Of a stretch of 64,000 nt of DNA, positions 34,140 to 46,380 are shown piece by piece. The stretch covers positions 4,467,056-4,531,055 of the forward strand of contig CM119265.1 in the NCBI GenBank assembly GCA_051294375.1. Direction: 5' to 3'. Under the pieces are notes generated by a model, which saw only the letters and a program-made list of their open reading frames with translations, had not been told where the DNA came from and ran no database searches. Source of the DNA: Paraspadella gotoi (taxonomy: Eukaryota > Animalia > Chaetognatha). The stretch's first letter is position 1. Every line of letters begins with the position of its first letter. A program made the translations under genes and the position numbers.

Positions 34140-36904
34140 ATGACGATGACGAAAATTTCCCTTCGGCTTCGGAACGACGATCCCACTAAGGGTGCGGTCG
34201 ACGCCCCTAAGAACGCCACCGACGCCGAAAAGAACGCCGTCTACGAAGCCAAGTGCGCTCCCGATGCCGGTAAGACTTCGAGTGACGCCGTGGTCGTCCC
34301 GATCAAAGGGTACTACAAAAGGATCACTTCTCGCGAGAAGTTTGAGAGATTCATGAAGAGTTCGCTCTGGCTGCGAAGATGGACGCTCTTCCTTCAACTC
34401 ATTTCCACGATAATGTTGAGCTCCATCGTCTCCACCGTCATCGTCGCTTCGGTCTACGACAGATTTTCGACGAACCCGACGGTGGAGACGACGACGAGCG
34501 TTTCCGCCTCCAGCGTTGACTCCACTTCTTCCCTCGCTAGAGTCAAAAGGGAGATAGAATTCTCGGAACCGAGGATTACGCCTCAATTGGTTGACCGCCT
34601 TCCGGCCCAGGTCGTCATTGACATCAAGAATACATTGGAAGACATCAGAGATCGTCTTACCCATGAGGACTTCATGAATCCCAACTTTTCTTGCCCGAAC
34701 AGCAACCAAGGCGCCTACCAGCACGTCGGGCCGCCCCGGTATTGGTCCAGCTGTTACTACATCCACGACAAGAGACTTACCTTCGATCGGGCCGTCGAAT
34801 TTTGTCGACGCTCTGGCGGTTATTTGGTGCAGATCGAGAGTCAGGAGGAGACGGACTATGTGAACAAGTTGGTCGAAGCCTACACGAGATATTGGATCGG
34901 CGCCAAAAGGGACATGGACACGGGAAGCTTTCGATGGGTCGAATCGGGCGAAGAATTAACCTACTCGAACTGGGATACCAAAGATTTGACCGACGAGGAA
35001 TGCGGGTATTTGTACAGAGGAGATTGGGAGTTCGAATCCTGCCTTGTACACACGATTCATGTATTTGTGTGCGAAGCTCCGGTGGTCAACGCACGAAGCT
35101 CTGCGTTGCAGGAGGACGAAGAGGAGGAGCCGGAAGTAAAAGAGTACGAGAGCCAAGTCACCAACTCGACTTACCTTTTCGTCGAAGCACAATATCCGTG
35201 GGAGAAGGCCAGAAGGTGAGGGCTGAAGGTTGACGATCGATTAACGATTAGATCTTTCATTTTATTGTAGTGAGTTATAAGCCTAACAAAAAACCAAGTG
35301 AACCTTGAATATAGTAGGAAAACGACAATAACTTATTATTACAAAAAAAAATAAGATTAATGCTGAACATTTTGGGAAATAAAGCGAGTCCTCGCAGTTG
35401 AAGCAAGGGAAGGAAGGGAATTCTAATCAATATTCTATTGCAACGGGAGGATTGCCTGTGATACCCGGTTCGCGGGGTATCTCACCACTTCATTGAGATG
35501 AGGCCGAGGACGGAAAGTAGTGAGGCAGCTTCAAGTCTTGCTGCCACCATTCTCAGTTTTATTTTCCCCAATTTTCATCCAGGTTCTGCAAAGGTCGAGG
35601 CGGATTTTTGGCTAACGTCGAATCGTCGTCCGAGAACGCGGATTTGACGAGATTCGCTAAGTCCACATATCAATCTAGCTACATGAGTAGAAAGTGGTGG
35701 CTTGGGGGCTTCGAAACTCCGGAAACCGAGTGGAAATGGGTCGAGAGTGGCCGAAATTTCTCTTCCGGATTCACGGATTGGAGACCACGTTTAAAATCGG
35801 TTGAGCGACGCGCTTGTCTGTCACTCTATACGGCTCTGTATTTTGGATACTCGTGGGAGAAGACTGATTGCTTGGAATGGCATCGCTTCATCTGCGAAAT
35901 TCCTTCGAACAACTCCAAAGGCGACGGTTCTTTCGAGAACCTCGAGCCGCCAAAACCCTGCGTGACGACTAACTTCAACGCTTCCGGATATTCGAACACG
36001 GTTCTCAACTGCTTCACGTTGGTGCCGCTTCAAAAGACGGAGAAGGAGGCGCGAGATTATTGCGAGAGCGAATTGGGGAGATCATTGGCGGAGTTGACTG
36101 AAGAAAACGCCGCTCAATTCGCCAGCATGCTAAAACCAAACTCATTTGGACGAGAAGTGGTAAGTGCCTTTTTATGAACATTAAACATATGCCTAAATAA
36201 TTATTAAATAAATGTTTCATGCAAGATTCCGTTCCGTTCCTCTTCTTGCGTGAATCATTTGAGAGAAATGCAGACTAACACTGGCGCCTCTGGTGCTGCT
36301 GACAAGCCTTATTTACATATTGCTGTCATTTGTTTAGGCATTTTGGTGGTTCAGTCGTAAAGTCGCGACGTCTAATGCACCGAGACGAATTCATTTCGAT
36401 CTGATCATAAACGGATCTTACGTGTGTTCGGGAAGATACAATCAGAGAAAAAAGAACGGCCGAGTTTATTGCAGGTTTGTTTGAAAGAATTCTAATTTTT
36501 TAAAACTTAGTTAACAACCAAGATTTAAATCATTCTTAACTAATAAATATTACACGCTTTTCCTCCTTAGACAAATGGGATTTTCCGACTTCAGTCAGAC
36601 AAGTCAACCGAATTACCGGTTCGTGCAAAATTTTGTGCGCGCACGCTGCGTGGGCGACGAAACTCACCTCCGGCACTGTCCGCTCGAATACACGGAGGAG
36701 TGCGAGCACGGATATCGGGAGGTCACCGCCGTTGAATGCGTGGACGAGCCGCTCGACAAATGCCTCAGAGTGGAGCACTCTGCGGACAACGGCCTTCGCG
36801 GTTCCTTCGTCGATTGTGATCATGTGGCTTGGTTCGTGTGCCAAGATCCGCCGAAATCAATTCGATCGGAGCCGCTAGAGGGCGATTACAAGCAGTTTGG
36901 TTGA
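34140..36904 (+). CDS. Type II membrane multi-C-type-lectin-domain protein with SRCR insertion, 707 aa; join(34140..35215,35583..36159,36338..36474,36571..36904)
   Basis: TM segment WTLFLQLISTIMLSSIVSTVIVASVY; furin-like RVKR; CTLD motifs (SCYY..FCRRSGGYLVQIES..YWIG..W..C..FVCE; KWWLGG..FICE); SRCR motifs (VYCRQMGF..CVGDETHLRHC..AVEC). All junctions are GT-AG and in phase (2124 nt). Confidence 0.88.
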
Positions 36905-37851
36905 TAGAAGAGTTGATTGTTGTGCTTTGCATGATATGACGGGGGAAATAAGATGGAAAAAAATTGTTACAATGTATTTGCATGCTCATAATTTGGAAAA
37001 TTGTATTTCAAGTTTCATTTTTGGTATTAGATATTGAGAAATTAGAAAAGTGAAAACGAAATATATAAAGAAAGCCATAGTTTGCATGAAACCCCCCCCC
37101 ACAAAAAAAAACCCAAGATTCTTACTCAAGCTAAAACAGTCAGATAGAAATAGAAACTAACGGAAAGACAGCGAGTCATATACAGTCGAGACGGCGTCCC
37201 GACAGACAAGCAGTGCCTGCGTGCATTTTCTACCGAGGGAAATATCGAAAAATCGATGAATTTGATTGGAGCTCATAATGAAATGGTTATCGGGGAGGAG
37301 GGGTTAATATCGGAGGTTTTCAGCGGGGGAGGAGGCAGTGGTGGAGAAAAACGGGGGAGAATATGAGAGATGGAGAGAGAGGGAGAGAGACAGAGATCAC
37401 GAGGGACGTCTTTCCCGCCTTTAATGAACCACGAGAAAAACCCGTCGAGATGAGATGGTCCCCATTTATTGACAAAAACGACACGAACGTTGGAACTAAT
37501 TTTTCGGAAAACAAAAACTTTTTTTTTTCATTTGGAAAAATATAACTCATAAGATTTAAGAATATTTTTTTTTATTCTAGTCGCTCTTAAATTTTATCGA
37601 AAAACTGTTATTTTCTTCTCAATATACGCAGATTATTCCTCTAAAAATGTTTATCTCTTCTTTCCTTTTCTTCATATTATATCTCTATTCTCTTTCCTTT
37701 TCTTTCTCGTCCTCCTTTTCCTTCATTTCTCGTTTGCCCTTTGACTTGTTCCATCGCCCTTTAACTCACCTTTTTTTCTCCGTTCTTCTTTCCTTACCCT
37801 ATTTCTCTGTTTTAAATTTTTTATTCTCTCTCTCTCCATCTCTCTCTCTTA

Positions 37852-37926
<75 letters not shown>

Positions 37927-37929
37927 TCT

Positions 37930-37960
<31 letters not shown>

Positions 37961-38933
37961 CAACTCCTTAATGACCCCTGCCTCCCCCACCTCTTACCCT
38001 CGCCCTTTTTCCTCCATCAGAATTTCAGATGTGTGCGTCGTCGCGCCGAGTTTATATCCTTCCGGCTTCCGGCTTCCGGCTTCCGGCTTCTCGTCGCCGA
38101 GAACGAGGAGGTTTGTGATGTTGATGATGACAAAGACGAGCGCAATCGTTGGTGGCGACGACGACAGTGATGACCTGGCTCATCAGATGGAGTTGATTTT
38201 TTTTTTCCTGAATAGAATAAAATATCAGCGAGATACTGGACCGACCACATTCTGTAATATTGGCCATGATTGCGGTCATTTCTGTGCGTAAAAATTTCAA
38301 GTGTGAACGAGCGAAACATGAACGATGACGTTAACTAATATGTATTATATTTTGTTAATTTCCTTTCATTTTGTTGGTATAAATTTAAATAAAAGAAAAG
38401 ATTTGTTTTCGCAACGAATTTTGTTTTTAATTTGCATACATGTTTCGAATAGTTTTCTAATCATCGTCAGTGTAAAAAACATTTTATGAAATTACAAGTT
38501 TAGACAACGTTAAAAAAAATCATTTTCTCTTGTATTATTTTTTAAAAATTCTCCCAATATTCATGAGCAAAAATTGGGCTAACTAATAGCCGGATTACAT
38601 TATGAAATTGGTACAACCAATATAAAAATTATATTATCTTTAACAATATTCCAGGTCTAAAAAATGGAAGACGATATTGAATCCAGTGCAACAAGTTTCG
38701 TCTTCCATCTTAATTGAAAATGAGGTTTTTTACCGGAAGGAAAGCTTCTGACGAACGCTTCAACCAAGGTTCTGACGAAGTCTTCAGCTAAGCAAGCCTT
38801 TAACAAGCGACATAAACTTAAAACTGAGAGATTCCTAATTTCGTCGAAGCCCCGAGGCGACTGAGGCCTCACCACCAAATTGAGCCCCCCAAAAAAAGAG
38901 ACAGAAATTCGTTTCGAACCAAAAGTTTAATTT

Positions 38934-38969
<36 letters not shown>

Positions 38970-39688
38970 NNNNNNNNNNNNNNCTTTCTCTCCCGGCAAA
39001 AATCTGTGACGCGGAGTCGTTGAATCTTTCACAAGTGAGACTCTCACGGTCGGTCGGTTCGGAGCTACAGACGCTCAACTGGGGTGAGTGAGTGTGAGAG
39101 TGAGCGCGCGTCCGAGGGCGAAGAGATTTTAGTAGAGGGTAGAGAGTTAAAGGAACCAAAAGGTTAAGGAAAGAAAAAAAAAACAGAAAGTCAGAAAGAA
39201 AAAAAAATATATCTAGCTATCACTTTATTCTCCCGTTTCTCCGTACAGAAAGCAAACGGAGAGGCGGCAAAAGGAAAGACTCGCTAACCAGAAACCAAGA
39301 GAGAGAAATTGAGCGCGGGAGGGAGGGCGGTTTGCAGAAAGCCGACAAAGTCGAAGACGAAGAAATAATTAAAAACAAGGCGAGAAAGCAGTTACGACCG
39401 ACCCCGGGTCAGGAACGGGGGCGGCTTTTTCAATCCATTTTATTGCTTTAATGAAACGACGGCCCGGAAGAAGAAGGAAAGGGGAAAGTAAGGAAAGAAA
39501 AGAGAAGGAAAGAGGGGGAGAGAGAGAGGGAGAGAGGGAGAAAGAGAAAAAAAAAAAGTCCCAAGGGGAAAAACGAATTCGTTTCCAGCGAGAGAGTAAG
39601 ACGGAAAGAGTGGGAAGAAGGAAGGGAGGAGAAAGGGGGGGGAAGTGGTGGCGGAGAAGAGAGAGAGAGGAGAGGAGAGAGAGAAGAG

Positions 39689-39720
<32 letters not shown>

Positions 39721-40121
39721 CAGAGAGGAGAGCGAGAGAAGTACGAGAGAGAGAGAGAGAGCTTAAAAACAGACAGATGTACGAAAGATAAAAAAAAGAG
39801 AGAGCTTTTATTTATTCTCAGTTATGAAATTTAAAATAAACCATCATTTTGAAAAACTTACTAACATTTTTATCCGGATCGGCTTCTCTCAGATAACGGC
39901 TCTATAATCCACTTTGTCTGTCTGTCGGTCGCCACCCATAATTTGGTCGGTCAGTATCTTAAATCATCCTAAAATTTCTTCATTCTCTTTTCTTCATTGA
40001 ATTTGAGCCTTATTTTTGACGTTCGTTATTCCCGGGATTATCGCACCTCACTCCTTTCGACGCTTCGAAATCCAGCGTCTCTTGGAATATTTCCAGCCGT
40101 CGCGGCGATCATCCATTTCCA

Positions 40122-40161
<40 letters not shown>

Positions 40162-40791
40162 ACAGATGGCGCAGGTGGCGTTGCGAGTGAAAAAGACGGC
40201 TCCCGGAGAAAAGTGGGAGCGCCAGGGAGAATGTCTCCCATAGCGTCGTTTTCGGTGAGGCGAGGAACAATTTTATATTAAAATATTAATACGTCATTTT
40301 GAAATATTGAATTTAATGCGGCTCCAGTTTATCTTTTAAGGAAATGAAGCAATGGAGTTTTGAGAAGGTGAATCAATAAACATTAAGCGAAAATAAATAT
40401 AGAGAGAGAATTATGAATTGAAAAGTCTTTTGCGCTTTTGACAGAGTAAAACAGGAAACTGAGGAGACGTCTGTTATTTTCGAATCATACTGCACTGCAT
40501 GATCCGTGTGCTATGAATGTCTATGACTGTATGTTACTGTATCCTTACCGTCTCAGCCGCCTCACTCACAGCGTTTGAAACATAAAGCCAAACAACGCGG
40601 AAACCGTGACTTTTTATTGCTTGTTCTCTTCTTCTTCACAGCTTGTTCAATGTTCATCGCTTGCATAGGAGCAGGTGGCTGCCTAAAAATTAGGAGAATC
40701 AGGGGTTCAAAGGACAAGGTTTATGGGATTCAATTTTCGGTTAAAATGGAGTGAGAGAAAAAAAAGTTCTTTGAAAGAGTCTGCCTCTCTC

Positions 40792-40831
<40 letters not shown>

Positions 40832-41050
40832 GGTCTCCCTCTCTCTTCCGGCCGCAGGGTGACAAAGACATTGTCTGAGGCGGCACGTCTTCCAGAGCCG
40901 AATTCAAAAGCTGGCAAGAATTTTGGGATCGTTAGTATGCATTCGCGCATCCTCGAATCGGGTGGGGGGGAGAATCGGAGAGAGAGAGAGAGAGAAGAGA
41001 GAGGAGAGAGAGAGGAGAGAGAGGAGAAGAGAGAGAGAGAGAGAGAGAGA

Positions 41051-41081
<31 letters not shown>

Positions 41082-41103
41082 TATTCAATCTTTTTTAAGG
41101 CGG

Positions 41104-41160
<57 letters not shown>

Positions 41161-42615
41161 GGGAGACGAGAGACTTTATTCCGTTTATGAGGCGGAAAGT
41201 GAAGTTATTATTTTTTTTGATGCCCTCGCTTTAATATTTCGGTTTAATAGGGTGATTTTTTTTTCGAGAACGCTTTCGCCCAAGCAAGTTTTTTTAAAAA
41301 TTTATGTGCATGGAGGTTCCATTGGAGCTAAAAGTGACTTTGCTCGGTCCCTCGCGGGAAGGAGTGAAAGGAAATAAGGAGTTGGTCGTTGGTGAGAAAG
41401 TAACGGTGCTTCCCAATTTTAACGCGATAAAAAACTAAGACACAAGTTTTTGCGAGACTTGGTAAATTCCCTCCCGTGGTTTTTATGGTTTTTGTTTAAT
41501 CGGACTTCAAATCTCTCAATCGCAGCTTTAGAAAGACCTTCAATATTTTGCCGAGTTCAATTTTCTTTATAAACATTTTTAGAGAAGAAAAAAATTCGAA
41601 ATTAATTTCAGAGAAGGAAGCCTTTTCTTAACTTATCTATACTCGCAACCGAAATGACAAAGAGAGTTTTGCGTTCAGGAGTTCTTTAAATTGTTTCTAC
41701 CATTATAAAAATTATCCGTTCTATTCCTCTTACTAGATAATTACAAAGCAAGAACCCTGCAAGCTTTCAATCTAGAATCTCTCGCCATCTACTTCATTGA
41801 TATATATAATAACATTTTTTAACTGTTAACTATATGTTTTAAAAGAACAAAACACATTTCCGTTCGCATTGCACTAAACGTTGAGTCGCATGATGACTTA
41901 GATCTGGCGTATCTCTATCTCACTCTCTCTTGTTTCTCACGGGTGTCTCGCTCTCTGTCATTATCGTTTCGGGTTCAGCGTTGTCGTTTTTCTCTCCACG
42001 TGCCTCATCACGTCCAGAATGATCCCGCACGAGTCTCCTCCTCCTCATCCTCCTCCCCCTCCTCCTCACATTCCTCATCCTCCTTTTTTTTCTTGTGTCT
42101 CCTCCTCCTCCCTTCCTCCTCCTCATCCCTCACCCCTTCCTCCTCGTCCTCCCTCTCCTCGCGCCTTCCGTTTTTTTTTTTTTAGTCAGTTTTTCAATTC
42201 CTCCACAAAGAATTCCTGCCCAGATTCCTCCTCCTCCTCCTACTTCCTTTCCTTTCCTCCTCCTCCTCTTTCTCCGTTCGTCGGGACTCCTCTGTCCTTC
42301 CGGGTTTTCTTTTTTTCTTTCTTTTCTCGTGTCATCAAGATTTTTACAGCGTGATTATCTCCGCCGGATCTACACGTCGCTCACGCGCGCGCGCGCGTCT
42401 TTCTTTTTTTAGAAACGTGCACGTACAGGCGGTTCGGCCACGTCGTCTCTCACGCGCCAAACTCGTACGCGATTGGAAGGATTTAGTTTTTTTTTTTTCT
42501 CTCCCAATATTTTTTTTTTTAAAATTTCAAAATCGGACTCGGGAGTTTTTGCCTGGAAAGCCGCTGCCGCATCGGACGCTGTAGACGGCTGACATCCTGG
42601 GTAAGTTTTATATGT

Positions 42616-42676
<61 letters not shown>

Positions 42677-42808
42677 AGCAGAGAGAGAGAGAGAGACTGA
42701 GATGGGATATAACTTTCGTTATAGAAATGACAATTACAAATCCAATAACTGAAACGACGGTCATCATGACATGTAAATTTCTGAAAAAATATTTTACTCT
42801 ATCACTTT

Positions 42809-42891
42809 AAAGGGTCTTTTCCTCACTTCAAAGGGTCTTTCCCTCACTTCAAAGGGTCTTTCCCTCACTTCAAAGGGTCTTTCCCTCACTC
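42809..42891. repeat. 21-bp tandem repeat x4
   Basis: Unit aaagggtctttccctcacttc. Confidence 0.9.
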
Positions 42892-44913
42892 CAGAAATCT
42901 ACTCCAAATTTAAACGAATTGAAATTTAAATAAATTTCCATCTAAAATTTTCAAAGTCTTTTTCTTCACAAATTCTTGAGTCATTCCGGAAGAGAATCTT
43001 CACATTTTTGAATGATTTATAAAATATCTCAATATTTTTATGAACGTCATTTATATCATGTAATTTGACTGCTGTACGAGTTGAAAATAAGTATTTTAAT
43101 CAGGTATGTATATCGAACCGAGGAAAGATAATTCGCTACTGACAATTCACCAACAACATCATTTCCCTTCGAATTCGTTTTCTTCCGGTTTCCACTTTCC
43201 TCGAGCGAGAGAGAAATTGACTTTGGCGGGAAAAACCCTGAAAACGGCGCGATTTCGCCGCCTCCTTCGCGCCATTTGAAACTCGGCGCTCAGCCCCATC
43301 CTGGGCCAAACCTTTACGACTTTGTTTCACTACGAAAAGGGAAGGAATGACATTCGCGTTTTGGATTCAAAATCGGAGAAAGCGCAAAGAATAATAGTAT
43401 GTTTGCTTCGCTATGAAGATACTCGGAAAGGCGTTGCGAGGTTAAAAATGATTTTTACTAATTTAAATAGTATAACTGAAACTAATAAGACTAAGAATTA
43501 ATGTTTAAGGCCACATCGACGAATCTTTCGGAATACGTTCTCTTTCGATTTCACTACCGTGAGTGGAGGAGAAACGACCTCGTTACTGGGCCAAACGCCT
43601 CTCGCACGCGCATCGCACGCTCTTCGCACGCACCTCGCACGCTCTTCGCACGTCCCGCGCGCGCTCCAATCAGCCTTCGCTCTGCCTCGCACTTCCTCGA
43701 GTGCGCTCGGGGGTCCCCTGGCCTGGAAAAAGGCGCGCCCGGGAGTCGAGGAGCTAAGGATCCGTTGATGGGCGCCGGTTCGGCTTTAAATGATTCCAAT
43801 TCCGACGAGAAATTGAAAAAAGGGGCCGTGGAACTGGTCGACCCCCATTTTCGGGGCGGCGCTCTCCTTACTCTCACTGTTTTGTTTTGGTTTGACTGGT
43901 GACATATAGCGAACGCAGTGACGGTCGTTCGTTAGAAGAGAAATTGGAGCACATACCGGTTCCAAGACGCTAACGCACGGCCAAATAGAAACGGAAAGAA
44001 AGAAAATAATGTTTAGTTTCGTTTTTTTTCTTTTTTTTTTTCTCCTCGTTTCTCGCAAAATCGAAAGATGTCACCTTCTCTAAACGAAAAAAAAGAAGTT
44101 TTGCTTCGCAAAATCGATTAGCGAACGACTCTCCTACTTATCGGCAGCGGCGGCAGCGGCGGCCGGTTGGGCGGAGGCGGCGGCAGCTGGCGCTGTGACG
44201 GCGGTTGCGGCTGCGGCTGCGGCTGCGGCTACGTCCGTGGAAGAGGAGGAAGCGATTTAATGATGTTTACATGGTTCCTCCGCAAATGTTATCATAAACC
44301 TTTAGCGTTACTTTTTTTTTAGGATGTGTATCTTTTCGCCTTCCCTTCGAAAAAATTCGATATGTGGCGTTCACAAAGATTTTACGAGACCTTCTTTTTG
44401 AACAATTGAGTCTCAAAAAACTGAAATCAATCAGATTGATCATGCACAATGCACATCTTGAATTCCTTCTGTCATGCACGTATTTTTTTTTTCGTATAAT
44501 ACAATATTATAAAATAATGATGCACGTTGGAATAAAATATCGTGAATTCAAATGATTAAAAGTTCTTAAAATATTAGACGCTTGTTTCTGATATTCATCC
44601 ACTACATTAATGATTAATGATTAATGATTAATCTAATCTACTATTCACTAACAAGATGAATGATTTGTTCAAGCTCCACCCGATTTTCTCGTCCACAACG
44701 ATGCTATTCGTCTTTCCAGTCATATCTTTTCTCACCTCCGCGATCTTCAATCTCTTAGATCTTTCCTTTTTTTCTCCCTTAATTTCCCCTTTTTTTTTCC
44801 CTTTCTTGATCGTTCCCTTTCCTTTACCTTTCACTAAATCATCCACCCTCGTACTTAACCGAGTTCTGTCGTATTTTTGAGCAAAATGATCTCGTTGTTG
44901 CAAACATACTCGT

Positions 44914-44948
<35 letters not shown>

Positions 44949-45177
44949 TCTACTCTCTCTCTCTCATCACTCTCATCCCTCTAATGCAAACGAACCGTGC
45001 AACGAACGAGAACACAAAATATATGTTCACCATATGTGGGGTAGCCAAGCATATGGGAGTTAAAAAAAAGGGTGTTGAGTGAATGCAAATATGCAAATGA
45101 GATTTGCGAAATTGACCCAGCGTCCTCGATTGAATAAGCAAGAGGCATAGAGGATGGGGAGAAGAGAGGATGCTCGA

Positions 45178-45235
<58 letters not shown>

Positions 45236-46279
45236 TCCTCCCCCCATTCGTCGTCGTCTCATTGTCGCATAACTTTGGCCAATTTGGTTTCCTCGCTTTT
45301 CGGATTTGTAAACATGAAGTCAGACGATGGCGGAGATTAGTTACGTTTCTTTGAAAATATATACACAAAACATAACAATCTTCTTCAATTAAAATTCAAA
45401 ATCATAGTTACCCTGTCGTTCCTTAAATCTACAATCTACATATAATTAAAATTATTTATTTACAATCAATAAAATAATATTCATCAATCAGCGACGAACT
45501 TCCTCTGGTGGCGAAATAAACTTATTATACTAAAATGAGAAAAAGAAAAAGATGAAAAAGAATAAATGGGGAAAAAAAAGAAAAGATTAAAAAAAAATCG
45601 GGTTTACCGTTTCGACTTTGGAATTCGGCGTCGGCATGGTACAGTCATAACGGGATCGTTAGACGTCGACATTATCGTCGTCGTCGTCGTCGTCTTCGCC
45701 CCGTAATTGCGGCGCCAAGTCGAGCGAAGGGGAGAATCTTATTCGGGCGGAAGTGAATGCGGCGCGCGCGTCGAATCTTGTGGCGCCACGTGGCGATTCG
45801 AGTGCGCGCGCGTCGACGTTTGCAGACGAAGACTAGTTAAACACACGTAAAGACACGCGTACACGCTCGAACACAAGTTATTGACAATGCCTGATAAAAT
45901 ATTTTTTCGTTGACGAGTTATTCATTCATTCGTTTTTTTATTAGATGACGAGAGAATCCAAATCCGCCGAGATGGAAGCGAAATTAAGTCGGTGAAAGTA
46001 TAAAAAAAAAACAACCGATAATGGTTTTGAAGAAATTTAATTACAGGAAACTGGGGAAAAAATTAATGAAGCGATATCGCTATGAATTATACCAACCGTC
46101 TTGCCTTCCTAAAAGCTTCTTGATTTCCTCTTTTCCAATAATTTCCGGTGCTCATTTATATATGACGTCTCATCAGATTTTATAATTATCTTTATAAAAT
46201 TTTAATATTTATTTCATATTATGTCATAATATGTCATATTATGTCATAATATGATATTCCTTTCAATTCGTTGTGTTTT

Positions 46280-46380
46280 AATATTTAGCAAAAACAAAGT
46301 TTGAATTTGTACATCAACGATTTTATATTTTGAATAAAATCGTTGTTGTACAAATTCAAACTTTGTTTTTGCTAAATATT
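46280..46380. repeat. Near-perfect ~100-bp palindrome
   Basis: aatatttagcaaaaacaaagtttgaatttgtacatcaacgatttta ... taaaatcgttgttgtacaaattcaaactttgtttttgctaaatatt, with one mismatch. Confidence 0.85.

Noticed and set aside
45607-45832. GC-rich candidate minus-strand exon bounded by ag/gt
   Set aside because: The main frame contains a stop and no partner exons were found.
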